From: Gaiella sp.
Lineage (GTDB): Bacteria > Actinomycetota > Thermoleophilia > Gaiellales > Gaiellaceae
DNA length: 40,051 nucleotides
Direction of reading: 5' to 3'
Assembly (NCBI GenBank): GCA_036745155.1
Contig: DAIOGR010000002.1
Span: 1 to 40,051 of the forward strand
The notes under the pieces are model-generated. The model saw nothing but the letters and a program-made list of their open reading frames with translations. It ran no database searches and was not told the DNA's origin. This document shows positions 1-8,935 of the stretch, one piece after another. Both the position numbers and the translations under genes were made by a program. The first letter of the stretch is position 1. Each line of letters begins with the position of its first letter.

Positions 1-283
1 TCAGCATCGCGAAGGCCGTGACCCCGCAGGCCGACGAGAGGAGTGGCACTGGGCCTAGCAGGCGCCCCTCCAGCGCCGGCTCACAGGCGAGCACGAACAG
101 GAGCGCTGCAGTGATGTAGAGAGACGTGCCGAGGATCCGGCCCTCGGTGTCGCCGAAGCCCGGCGCGAGCAGCGCGTAGATCGCGATCGCGGCATTGCAC
201 GCGACGGAGACGAAGAAGAGCCCGAGACCGAGGCGGCGCAATGGACGCCGCGAAGATCTCGTGCCGGCAGCAAGAGAACCCAT
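1..283 (-). CDS. Hypothetical multi-pass membrane protein (3' end runs off the window)
   Basis: Not in the ORF track because no stop lies in the window. Hand translation from ATG at 283 (GGAGG upstream) gives MGSLAAGTRSSRRPLRRLGLGLFFVSVACNAAIAIYALL...ILGTSLYITAALLFVLAC..., open to position 1 with several hydrophobic helices. Confidence 0.7.
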   Translation of the reverse strand, partial: MGSLAAGTRSSRRPLRRLGLGLFFVSVACNAAIAIYALLAPGFGDTEGRILGTSLYITAALLFVLACEPALEGRLLGPVPLLSSACGVTAFAML

Positions 284-373
284 CCCGCCCCTCCGTGTCA
301 ACCCAATCATGGCATGGGAGCTCGGCAGGGTCATCCGCGAAACCCCGGATCGGGACTTGCCGTGCGCGTGTCG

Positions 374-967
374 TCAGTTGAAGCGCATCTGGGCTGCCTC
401 GAGCCCGTCGCGGGCAATCGTCTCGACCGCGTCGGCACACCGTGCCACGATCGCCTCCACCTCGTCTGTGGGTGCAAAGGGGGACAGCACGTAGTCGGCC
501 ACCGGGCGAGGGTCGCCCCGCTCCGGCCGCCCGACGCCGACGCGGAGCCGCAGGAAGTCCTGGGTGCCGAGGTGCCTGGCAAGCGAGCGGAGGCCGTTGT
601 GACCCGCGAGGCCGCCACCCATGCGCACCTGCAGCCGGCCGGTCTCGAGGTCGACCTCGTCGCTGACGGCGAGCAGCTGCGCCGGGGGAAGCTTGTAGAA
701 GCGGGCTGCGGCCTGCACGGCGCGTCCCGACTCGTTCATGTACGTCTCGGGCTTCAGCAGGGCGAGACGGAGGCGGTCGAGCCGGACCTCCGCGATGCGC
801 CCGCTGAACTTCGACTTGAACGTCGCGTCGTGCCGGCGGCCGAGCTCGTCGACGACCATGAAGCCGACGTTGTGGCGGTCGCGCTCGTACTCGCGCCCCG
901 GGTTGCCAAGGCCGACGACGAGCAGATCGAGCGTCGAGGCCGATTCGCCTCGACGGAAGAGCGACAA
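374..967 (-). CDS. pth: Peptidyl-tRNA hydrolase
   Basis: LVVGLGNPG..RHNVGF, KPETYMNESG, GHNGLRS, RLRVGVGRP motifs; follows rplY. Confidence 0.97.
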   Translation of the reverse strand: MSLFRRGESASTLDLLVVGLGNPGREYERDRHNVGFMVVDELGRRHDATFKSKFSGRIAEVRLDRLRLALLKPETYMNESGRAVQAAARFYKLPPAQLLAVSDEVDLETGRLQVRMGGGLAGHNGLRSLARHLGTQDFLRLRVGVGRPERGDPRPVADYVLSPFAPTDEVEAIVARCADAVETIARDGLEAAQMRFN

Positions 968-970
968 GCT

Positions 971-1639
971 CTACTCCTCGGCTGCAGGCTCTTCGGCGGC
1001 CTCTGCGGCAGACTCGGCGGCGGCCTCTGCGGCCAGGGCTTCGTCGGCGGCCTCCTCGGCCTCGGTGAGGCCGCGCGGGGCGGAGCAGTTCGCGATCACG
1101 GTCTCGGCTGCGTCGTCGAGGAACGTGACCCCGTCGATCGGGGGCACGGCTTCGAGGCGCAGGGTGTCGCCGAGCTCGAGCCCGGACAGGTCGATCTCGA
1201 TGAACTCGGGAATCGAGGCCGGCAGCGCCTCGACCCGCAGCTCGCGCGTCACCTGCTGGACGACGCCGCCGCTCTTGGCGCCCGGCGCCTCGCCGACGAG
1301 TTGCACCGTCACCGTCGCCTGGATCGGCTGGTCGAGGCGCACCTCGTGGAAGTCGACGTGCGTGATCGTGTCACGCACCGGATGGCGCTGGTAGTCCTTC
1401 AGCACGGCGTGATGCGGGGTCTTCTGCCCCGCGACCACGACATCGACGATGGCGTGCAGCCCTGACGGGCCCGTCAGCGCGGCGCGCAGCTCGCGCTCAC
1501 CGACGACGAAGGGCTTCGTCACCTTGCCGTAGAGGACGCCGGGGATCAGCCCCTGCCGGCGCAGGCGCTTCACATTGCGCGTGCCGAGCTCTGCGGCACC
1601 GCGCTCCCTGACCTCGAGTGTGATCCTGTCTTCCGACAC
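971..1639 (-). CDS. rplY: 50S ribosomal protein L25 / general stress protein Ctc
   Basis: RLRRQGLIPGVLYG, QRHPV..HVDF motifs, acidic Ala/Glu tail; prs-rplY-pth synteny. Confidence 0.96.
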   Translation of the reverse strand: MSEDRITLEVRERGAAELGTRNVKRLRRQGLIPGVLYGKVTKPFVVGERELRAALTGPSGLHAIVDVVVAGQKTPHHAVLKDYQRHPVRDTITHVDFHEVRLDQPIQATVTVQLVGEAPGAKSGGVVQQVTRELRVEALPASIPEFIEIDLSGLELGDTLRLEAVPPIDGVTFLDDAAETVIANCSAPRGLTEAEEAADEALAAEAAAESAAEAAEEPAAEE

Positions 1640-1817
1640 GGCGGCCGATTGTAGCGAACGGCCCGCGCGCGGCCGCGCAGTACGGACGAAGCGAGACGGG
1701 GCGGCCGCAAGATCAGTGGATTCCCTGACACGAAAACCGGGAGCACGCCGATGCGCGATAGAAGTCCTACTTTGTATCGTGTGTCACAAACCCGAGCGAG
1801 GGAGGCTAGGTAGAGCC

Positions 1818-2261
1818 ATGCAACCCCGACGCATACTCGTCATCATGGCCGGCGTCGTGGCGCTGGCCGCCGCTCTAGCGCCCAACGCGTCGGCGCAGGC
1901 CGGAACACAGGGCCTGCGCCCCAGCGTGATGCCACCGCAGATGTTCGCGATCGCGATTCATCCGGCGGGCCACATGACCCACGGCGAGCACGTGGCACCC
2001 GTGAACTTCGCCACCGAGCCCGGTCTGCCGGTGCACATCACGGTCTTCAACTACACCAGCACGTTCCACACGCTCACGGTTCCCGGGCTCGGAGTGAACG
2101 CGCTCATCTATCCCGCACGGGGAAACACGCCGACACGGACGATCGTCACGTTCACGCCGCACGCCTACGGCGTCTTCAGCTGGGCCTGCCTGCTGTGCCC
2201 CGACGAGGGAGGGAGCGCCGCGGCGATGCACGGGAAGATCTACGCGATCATGCACGTCTGA
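1818..2261 (+). CDS. Secreted cupredoxin-fold-like protein
   Basis: ATG 1818 after GGAGG; signal peptide ending ASA; FHTLTVPGLGV...TFTP..YGVFSWACLLC...MHGKI resembles the C-terminal strands of cupredoxins, with His/Cys/Met. Confidence 0.65.
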   Translation: MQPRRILVIMAGVVALAAALAPNASAQAGTQGLRPSVMPPQMFAIAIHPAGHMTHGEHVAPVNFATEPGLPVHITVFNYTSTFHTLTVPGLGVNALIYPARGNTPTRTIVTFTPHAYGVFSWACLLCPDEGGSAAAMHGKIYAIMHV

Positions 2262-2299
2262 CTCCGCGGTTCCGACTCCCCCGACCGAGGAGATCGAAC

Positions 2300-2331
2300 C
2301 CGGCGGCCCGGTTCTCCGACCGGGCCGCCGG
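2300..2331. terminator. Probable bidirectional terminator hairpin
   Basis: Perfect 13-bp stem CCGGCGGCCCGGT / ACCGGGCCGCCGG with a 6-nt loop, between the convergent cupredoxin-like gene and prs. Confidence 0.7.
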
Positions 2332-2333
2332 CC

Positions 2334-3386
2334 TCAGAAGAGCTGGTTCTCGCCGGCGAAGATGGCTGAGACCGAGTCGTCCGAGAAGACGTTCTGGATC
2401 GTCTCCGCGAGAATCCCCGCGATCGAGAGCACCTCGACGTTGTCGGGCTTCCGCAGGGGATCGACGGGCACCGTGTCGGTGACGATCAGGCGGTCGATCT
2501 CGCTGCCGGCGATCCTGTCGAGCGCGGGGCCGTTGAAGAGCCCGTGCGTCGCGCACGCGTACACCTTCACGGCGCCCGCCTTCTTGAGCGCCTCGGCGCC
2601 GGCGACGAGCGTGCCGGCCGTGTCGACGACGTCGTCGGTCATCACGGCCACCTTGCCCTCCACGTCGCCGATCACAGTCGTCACCTTGGCCTCGTTGTGG
2701 GCAGGCCGCACCTTGTTGAGGATGACGAGGTCGCCGCCGATCATCTCGGCGAACTTGCCCGCCAGCTTCGCCCGCCCGGTGTCGGGCGAGACGGCCGCGA
2801 GCTCCTCGCCGAGGTTCAGGTCGCGAACGTACTGGGCGAACATCGGCACGGCGGTCATGTGGTCGACGGGGATGTGGAAGAAGCCCTGCACCTGGCCGGC
2901 GTGGAGATCCATGGTGAGCACGCGATCGGCACCGGCGGTCTGGAGCAGGTCGGCGACGAGCTTGGCGGTGATCGGCTCGCGCGGCTTCGACTTCTTGTCC
3001 TGGCGCGAATAGAAGAACCAGGGGATCACGGCGGTGATCCGCTTGGCCGAGGCGAGCTTGGCCGCGTTGACCAGGATCAGCAGCTCCATCAGGTGCTGGT
3101 CGACCGGGATCGACGCCGTCTGCACGATGAACATGTCAGCGCCGCGGATCGACTCCTCGTAGCGGCAATACGTCTCGCCGTTCGCGAACGTCTTCAGCGT
3201 CACCGGGCCGAGCTCGCAGCCGAGCTGCTCGGCGATCTTGAGCGCAAGGTCCGGGTTGGAGCGGCCGGAGACGAGCAGCAGCCGCTTGTTCGGCGTCAAC
3301 CCGATCGCGCGCCCGGCGGTCACCGCGGACGCCAGCGCAGGCCCGCCGAGGCCGGGGAGCGTCTGCTCAATCGTCCCGCTTTCCAC
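2334..3386 (-). CDS. prs: Ribose-phosphate pyrophosphokinase
   Basis: FANGE, YSRQDKK, TMDLHAGQVQGFF, DDVVDTAGT motifs; GTG start at 3386 inferred from the upstream purine-rich SD. Confidence 0.96.
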   Translation of the reverse strand: MESGTIEQTLPGLGGPALASAVTAGRAIGLTPNKRLLLVSGRSNPDLALKIAEQLGCELGPVTLKTFANGETYCRYEESIRGADMFIVQTASIPVDQHLMELLILVNAAKLASAKRITAVIPWFFYSRQDKKSKPREPITAKLVADLLQTAGADRVLTMDLHAGQVQGFFHIPVDHMTAVPMFAQYVRDLNLGEELAAVSPDTGRAKLAGKFAEMIGGDLVILNKVRPAHNEAKVTTVIGDVEGKVAVMTDDVVDTAGTLVAGAEALKKAGAVKVYACATHGLFNGPALDRIAGSEIDRLIVTDTVPVDPLRKPDNVEVLSIAGILAETIQNVFSDDSVSAIFAGENQLF

Positions 3387-4686
3387 CTCTTCCCTCCTTG
3401 ATCGTCTGTCTCGGCGGGAAGCCGACGAGAGCGTTGTCCGGGACGTCGTCGGTGACGACCGTCCCCGCAGCAGTCCAAGCATCGTCGCCAATCGTGACCG
3501 GAGCAACCAGCACAGTGTCCACCCCGACCCTGACGTCACTGCCGATCCGGGTCGGCTGCTTGGCGGATCCCTTACGATGAGGCAGGTTGACGGTGATCGA
3601 GCCGGCGCCGACGTTCGTGCGCTCGCCGACCTCGGCATCGCCCATATAGGACAGATGCGGGACCTTGGCGCCCTCCGCGAGGCTCGTGTTCTTGAGCTCC
3701 ACGAACGTACCGGCTTTGGTGTTCGGCCCGAGCACGGTTCCAGGGCGAAGGTAACAGAACGGGCCCACGAGGGCACCGGCGCCGATCCGTGCGTCGACGG
3801 CGACCGCATGGGGGCCGACCTCCGCTCCGGGCGCCACCGTGGTGGAACCGCGCAGGACGGTGAAGGGGCGGACGGTCGCGTCGGGCTCTACCACCACGGT
3901 TGGCTCGATCCAGGTGGTCGCCGGATCGTCGATCGTCACGCCGGCGAGCATGTGCGCCTCGTTGACCCGGTCGCGCAGCGCCGCGGCCGCGGCGGCCAGC
4001 TCGACGCGCGTGTTCACGCCCTCGGCCTCGGCAGGATCCGCTGCGACGTGGACAGCGACGCGATGGCCGCCTACGACGAGGTCGCGCACGGCGTCGGTGA
4101 GGTACAGCTCGCCCTGGGCGTTGGCGGGAGTGAGCCGGTCGAGCGCGGGCCAGAGCAGGTCGCCGCGGAACACGTAGATGGAGGAGTTCGCCTCTCCGAG
4201 TGCGAGCTGCTCGGGTGTCGCGTCCGCTGCCTCCACGATCGCCTCGAGGTCGCCGTCGCCGTCGCGGATGACCCGGCCGTAGCTGCGGAGGTCGCCGGGC
4301 ACGAAGGAGAGCACCGTCGCCGCCGCCGCCTTCAGACGATGGGTCTCGAGGAGCTCCGCCAGGAGCGCCGTCGTCAGCAGCGGGGTGTCGCCGGAGAGGA
4401 CGAGCACCTCGTCTACCCCGGCCAGCGCCTCCCGCGAGGCGCGGGCAGCATCACCAGTCCCGAGCGGGCGCTCCTGCACGGCGACGGTGACGCCCGCGAA
4501 GCGCTCGGCCGCGTCGGGTGAGGCGACGACGACGAGCGGAGCGGGCCCGAGCGGCCGGGCCGCCTCGAGCACCCAGTCGACCATCCGTCGCCCCAGCAAC
4601 GGGTGGAAGTGCTTGGGCGTCGCGGAGCGCATCCGCGTGCCGAGGCCGGCGGCCATCACGACTGCTCCGAGGGAGGGGGTGGGCAT
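3367..4686 (-). CDS. glmU: Bifunctional UDP-GlcNAc pyrophosphorylase / GlcN-1-P acetyltransferase
   Basis: MAAGLGTRMRS..PK, LGTG, GELYLTD, hexapeptide repeats, HLSYMGD. Start set at ATG 4686 because the longer ORF start lies inside the tRNA. Confidence 0.93.
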   Translation of the reverse strand: MPTPSLGAVVMAAGLGTRMRSATPKHFHPLLGRRMVDWVLEAARPLGPAPLVVVASPDAAERFAGVTVAVQERPLGTGDAARASREALAGVDEVLVLSGDTPLLTTALLAELLETHRLKAAAATVLSFVPGDLRSYGRVIRDGDGDLEAIVEAADATPEQLALGEANSSIYVFRGDLLWPALDRLTPANAQGELYLTDAVRDLVVGGHRVAVHVAADPAEAEGVNTRVELAAAAAALRDRVNEAHMLAGVTIDDPATTWIEPTVVVEPDATVRPFTVLRGSTTVAPGAEVGPHAVAVDARIGAGALVGPFCYLRPGTVLGPNTKAGTFVELKNTSLAEGAKVPHLSYMGDAEVGERTNVGAGSITVNLPHRKGSAKQPTRIGSDVRVGVDTVLVAPVTIGDDAWTAAGTVVTDDVPDNALVGFPPRQTIKEGRGGKRDD

Positions 4687-4697
4687 GGTGGGCACGT

Positions 4698-4771
4698 TGG
4701 CTGGGGCGCCAGGATTCGAACCTGGGATCACGGGACCAAAACCCGTTGCCTTACCACTTGGCCACGCCCCA
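4698..4771 (-). tRNA. tRNA-Gln (anticodon TTG), CCA encoded
   Basis: Reverse complement TGGGGCGTGGCCAAGTGGTAAGGCAACGGGTTTTGGTCCCGTGATCCCAGGTTCGAATCCTGGCGCCCCAGCCA folds as a cloverleaf with anticodon arm ACGGG-TTTTGGT-CCCGT and T-loop GTTCGAATC. Confidence 0.97.
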
Positions 4772-4801
4772 TCGATTCGGGAAGAGAGTGTCTGTGGGAG
4801 G

Positions 4802-5617
4802 CTAGCCGTACCAGCATGGCGATGTCACCCAGGTGCGGCCGGCCGTGCGGAAGGCGCGAGCTGCAGCTTCCGCATGACGGCGATGGTGGAAGAGGCCGTA
4901 GACGGCCGGGCCGGCGCCACTGACGTCGGCCCGGAAGGCTCCGTGCTCGACGAGATCGAGAGCGAGCGGCGAGGCGGCGAGGTCGTTCGGCGGGAGGCCG
5001 GCGAGGTCGCGCGCGCGGCGCACGCGAGCCAGCGTGTCAAGGAGGGTTGCGCGGCGTTCGTCGAACCCGTCTGCGCCGCGCCGCTCGTCAAACCTCTCGT
5101 AGACACTCCGGGTCGACGGCTTCGCTGCGCCCGCAGGCAGCACGAGCACCACCCAGTAGTCCTGCGGCAGCTGCAGCGGCGCCAGCGTCGAGCCGTCGCC
5201 GCTACCGAGCTGGGGCCCGGGGCGAAGGAAGAACGGCACGTCCGCTCCGACGGTGGCGGCCAGCTCTGCGAGCTCGGATGGTGCGAGCGGCGAGCCCAGC
5301 GCGTCGTTGGCCAGCCTGAGGGCAGTGGCTGCGTCCGAGCTGCCGCCGCCCAGGCCCGCCGCCACGGGAATCGACTTCCAGATGCGGGCCGCCCAGGCCG
5401 GTTCCACTCCGGCATGCACCGCGAGGGCGCGAAGAGCGGTGCCGACGATCTCGTCCTCGAACCCGTCGACCCTGAGCGTGTCGGCCGGCTCGATCGCGAC
5501 CCGGTCGCCGAGGTCGATGCGTTGCAGCACGGTGACGACCTCGTGCCTGCCGTCCGTGCGGGATGGGCCCACGACGAGGGCGAGGTTGATCTTCGCGGGA
5601 GCCGGAGCGCGGTTCAC
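4802..5617 (-). CDS. ispE: 4-diphosphocytidyl-2-C-methyl-D-erythritol kinase
   Basis: APAKINLAL, IPVAAGLGGGSSDAA, GADVPFF, SGAGP motifs; GTG start overlaps the rsmA stop (GTGA). Confidence 0.95.
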   Translation of the reverse strand: MNRAPAPAKINLALVVGPSRTDGRHEVVTVLQRIDLGDRVAIEPADTLRVDGFEDEIVGTALRALAVHAGVEPAWAARIWKSIPVAAGLGGGSSDAATALRLANDALGSPLAPSELAELAATVGADVPFFLRPGPQLGSGDGSTLAPLQLPQDYWVVLVLPAGAAKPSTRSVYERFDERRGADGFDERRATLLDTLARVRRARDLAGLPPNDLAASPLALDLVEHGAFRADVSGAGPAVYGLFHHRRHAEAAARAFRTAGRTWVTSPCWYG

Positions 5618-6390
5618 CGCAGTGCCTGCTCCAGAGCCACGAACAGGGGCGGCGCGAGCGCCTCTGCGCGCACGGACGCATCGACCCCGATCGTGGCGAG
5701 GGCCGCCACGGCCTGCTCGCGCGTGGCCACACCTGCGAGCGCGAGCGCGTTCGCCAGCGTCTTGCGCCGATGCCCAAAGCACGCTTCCACGACCCGCCGG
5801 ACGTCGGCGAACCGGTCGGGCAGCTCGACACGCCGGAAGGCGACGAGAGCGGATTCGACGTTCGGCGGCGGCCGGAAGACGGTGCGCGACACGGGATGGA
5901 ACCCCGTCCTCCGCGCCGCGAGCTGCACCAGCACGGAGACGGCTCCGTACGCCTTCGTCGACGGCTGGGCGAAGAAGCGGTCGGCCACCTCCCGCTGCAC
6001 CATCACGCACCAGAGGTCGATGGTCGGGAGGCCGTCGAGGCTCTCCGCAACGATCGGGGTGGCGATGTTGTACGGCAGGTTGGCGACGAGCTTCCGTGGA
6101 GCCGGCACGAGGGAGCCGAGGTCGAGGCGGAGCGCGTCGCCCCACACGAGGTCGACGCTCGGGCGTTCCGCGAGCTCGGCGAGGTGGGGCTCGAGCGAGC
6201 GGTCGAGCTCGATCGCGTGGACGTGCGCTACGCGATCGGCGAGGCGCCGCGTCAGGACACCGAGCCCCGGCCCGATCTCGAGCACGACGTCGGACGGATC
6301 GAGCTCGGCGAGGCGCTCGATCACGCCGAGGATGTTCCGGTCGACGAGGAAGTGCTGGCCGAGCGCCTTCTTGGGGGCGACTCTCGTCAT
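5614..6390 (-). CDS. rsmA: 16S rRNA m6,2A dimethyltransferase KsgA/RsmA
   Basis: KKALGQHFL, VLEIGPGLG, VANLPYNI, MVQREVA motifs. Confidence 0.96.
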   Translation of the reverse strand: MTRVAPKKALGQHFLVDRNILGVIERLAELDPSDVVLEIGPGLGVLTRRLADRVAHVHAIELDRSLEPHLAELAERPSVDLVWGDALRLDLGSLVPAPRKLVANLPYNIATPIVAESLDGLPTIDLWCVMVQREVADRFFAQPSTKAYGAVSVLVQLAARRTGFHPVSRTVFRPPPNVESALVAFRRVELPDRFADVRRVVEACFGHRRKTLANALALAGVATREQAVAALATIGVDASVRAEALAPPLFVALEQALR

Positions 6391-7142
6391 CGGTCGGGCG
6401 ACAGGCCGAAGGCGCGGGTCGCGTTCAGGTCGATCGTCCTCTCGAGCGCGTCGGCCTGCTCTCGCCGGGCCAGCGCGAGCACGCCGAGCGTGTGCATGAC
6501 GTTGGCGGGCTCGTTGCGCCTCCCTCGCAGCGGCTGGGGCGCGAGATAGGGGCTGTCGGTCTCGGCGAGAATGCGGTCGGTGGGGATGCGCGCCGCTGCC
6601 TCCCGCAGCTCATCGGCCCGCGGGAACGTGACGTTCCCGGCGAAGGAGACGTAGTAGCCCCGCTCCACCGCGGTCTCGAACAGGCCGGGCGAGGAGAAGC
6701 AGTGCAGGACGACGGTGCCACCGAACTGCGCGAGCGCGGCTGCCGTCTCGGTCTCCGCGTCGCGGCTGTGAATCACGACCGGCAGCGAGAGCTCGTCGGC
6801 GAGCTCGAGCTGCGCGTCGAGCAGGCGCCGCTGCTCGACGAGTGTGGCGTGGCCGTGAAACCCGTCGAGCCCGGCCTCGCCGACGGCCACGGCGGCCGGG
6901 TGCGCGAGTAGGTCGCGCAGCTCTTCGACGCGCGCAGCCTCGGCAGACGCAGCCTGATGCGGGTCGATCCCGAGGGCCGCGAAGACGCCCTCGCACGTCT
7001 CGGCGATGGCGAGCGCAGCCCGGCAAGACTCGATGCCGGTGCCGATCGTGACGATCCGGGTGACGCCGGCGGCGCGGGCGCGGCCGACGAGAACCGCCGC
7101 CGGCTCCTCGCACGCGTCGAGGTGCGCGTGCGTGTCGATCAC
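6387..7142 (-). CDS. tatD: TatD family deoxyribonuclease
   Basis: [37 protein letters not shown] start overlaps the metG stop. Confidence 0.93.
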   Translation of the reverse strand: MIDTHAHLDACEEPAAVLVGRARAAGVTRIVTIGTGIESCRAALAIAETCEGVFAALGIDPHQAASAEAARVEELRDLLAHPAAVAVGEAGLDGFHGHATLVEQRRLLDAQLELADELSLPVVIHSRDAETETAAALAQFGGTVVLHCFSSPGLFETAVERGYYVSFAGNVTFPRADELREAAARIPTDRILAETDSPYLAPQPLRGRRNEPANVMHTLGVLALARREQADALERTIDLNATRAFGLSPDR

Positions 7143-8935
7143 GCCGAAGCGGAGCGCTCCATGCGCGCGAGCTCCTCGGCGACGACGGTCTCGGGATCGA
7201 GCTTGCGGAACAACGGGCGAGGCTCGGCGAGCGCCTGCCCGACGGGAAGCTCCCCCGCCTGCCAGCGCCCGCACCAGCTGCGGTAGTCGCCGGTCAAGAC
7301 GGTGTGGCGCGCCCCGTCCGCTTCCTCGACCTCCTCGAGCAGCAGAGGGCCGGCGAGGTGACCCTCGTGGCCGAGCAGCTCGTGCAGGGCCTGCGAGCTG
7401 AAGGGCAGGAACGGCGCGAACAGCGTCTTCAGGTTGTCGATGCAGCGAAGCGCGACGTACAGGATCGTGCCCGCGCGCTCGCGGTCCTCCTTGATTACGG
7501 CCCAGGGAGCCTGGTCGCTGACGTACTGGTTGACGCGCGTTGCGAGCTGCATCGCCTCGCCCAGCGCCGCCTTGAAGCGCGCCCTCTCGATCTGGGCGCC
7601 GACGGTCTCGAAACCGCCCTCGATGGCGGTGAGCACGGACGCGTCCTCGTCGGTGAGCGGCCCCGGAGGCGGGACGACGCCGAAGTTCTTGTAGGCACTC
7701 GTGAGCGCTCGGTTGACGAGGTTGCCCCAGTTCGCAACGAGCTCGTCGTTGTTGCGGCGCACGAACTCCGACCAGGTGAAGTCGCTGTCCTGCGTCTCGG
7801 GGCCGGCGGCGGTGAGGAAGAAGCGCAGCGGGTCGGCGTCGTAGCGGTCGAGGAAGTCCCCGACGTAGATGACGACGTTGCGGCTCGTGGAGAACTGCTT
7901 GCCCTCCATCGTCAGGAACTCGCTGGAGACGATGTCGTAGGGGAGCTCGAGCGTGCCCCGACCGGAGCCGACCTCTCCCCCTTCGCCGTAGCCGAGCAGC
8001 TGGCTGGGCCAGATGACGCTGTGGAAGACGATGTTGTCCTTCCCCATGAAGTAGAAGTGCCTTGCCTCGGGGTTCTGCCACCAGTCGCGCCAGGCGTCCG
8101 GCGTGCCGCGGTTCGCCGCCCACTCGACGGACGCCGACAGGTAGCCGATCACGGCGTCGAACCACACGTAGATGCGCTTGTCGTCGAGCTCGTCGTAGCC
8201 TGGTACCGGGATCCGGACGCCCCAGTCGAGGTCGCGGGTGACCGGCCGCGGGCGTACCTCCTTCAGCAGCTCGAGGGAGAAGCGGCGCACGTTCGGCCGC
8301 CAGTGTCGTTGTTCGCCGATCCAGGCGCTGAGGCGGTCCCGGAACGCGGGCAGGTCGATGAACAGGTGCGTCGTCTCGCGGAAGACGGGGGGTTGCCCGT
8401 CGATCTTCGACCGCGGCTCAATCAGGTCGGAGGGATCGAGCTGGTTGCCGCAGTTGTCGCACTGGTCGCCGCGCGCGTCGGCGAAGCCGCAGATCGGGCA
8501 CGTCCCCTCGACGTATCGGTCGGGCAGGGTCTGGCCGGTGGAGGCGGAGAACGCGCCGACAGCGGTCTGCTCAGTGATGAAGCCCTTCTCCCAGAGCGTG
8601 CGGAAGACGTCCCGCACGACGCGATGATGGTTGGCCGTGGTGGTTCGCGTGAAGAGGTCGTAGGACAAGCCGAGACGCCGGAGATCCTCACGGATAACCG
8701 CGCTGTTGCGATCGACGAGCTCACGCGGAGAGAGGCCTTCGCGATCCGCTGCGACCATAATCGGCGTTCCGTGCTCGTCGGTGCCGCTGACCATGAGCAC
8801 CTCGTTCCCGCGCAACCGGTGATAGCGGGCGAAGATGTCGGACGGGACGCCGAAGCCCGCCACATGACCGATGTGGCGCGGGCCGTTCGCATACGGCCAT
8901 GCCACTGCTACGAGGATCTTCCGGGGCGTGGACAT
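7139..8935 (-). CDS. metG: Methionine--tRNA ligase
   Basis: [26 protein letters not shown] knuckle, YVWFDA, GKDN, FSTS motifs. Confidence 0.97.
   Translation of the reverse strand: MSTPRKILVAVAWPYANGPRHIGHVAGFGVPSDIFARYHRLRGNEVLMVSGTDEHGTPIMVAADREGLSPRELVDRNSAVIREDLRRLGLSYDLFTRTTTANHHRVVRDVFRTLWEKGFITEQTAVGAFSASTGQTLPDRYVEGTCPICGFADARGDQCDNCGNQLDPSDLIEPRSKIDGQPPVFRETTHLFIDLPAFRDRLSAWIGEQRHWRPNVRRFSLELLKEVRPRPVTRDLDWGVRIPVPGYDELDDKRIYVWFDAVIGYLSASVEWAANRGTPDAWRDWWQNPEARHFYFMGKDNIVFHSVIWPSQLLGYGEGGEVGSGRGTLELPYDIVSSEFLTMEGKQFSTSRNVVIYVGDFLDRYDADPLRFFLTAAGPETQDSDFTWSEFVRRNNDELVANWGNLVNRALTSAYKNFGVVPPPGPLTDEDASVLTAIEGGFETVGAQIERARFKAALGEAMQLATRVNQYVSDQAPWAVIKEDRERAGTILYVALRCIDNLKTLFAPFLPFSSQALHELLGHEGHLAGPLLLEEVEEADGARHTVLTGDYRSWCGRWQAGELPVGQALAEPRPLFRKLDPETVVAEELARMERSASA

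Noticed and set aside
975..1075. Short GCCTCTGCGGC-type repeats at the rplY 3' end
   Set aside because: They encode the low-complexity Ala/Glu tail typical of Ctc/L25; not a CRISPR or DNA repeat element
4698..4771. tRNA as an integration site for a genomic island
   Set aside because: No integrase, no duplicated tRNA 3' end, and core genes on both sides
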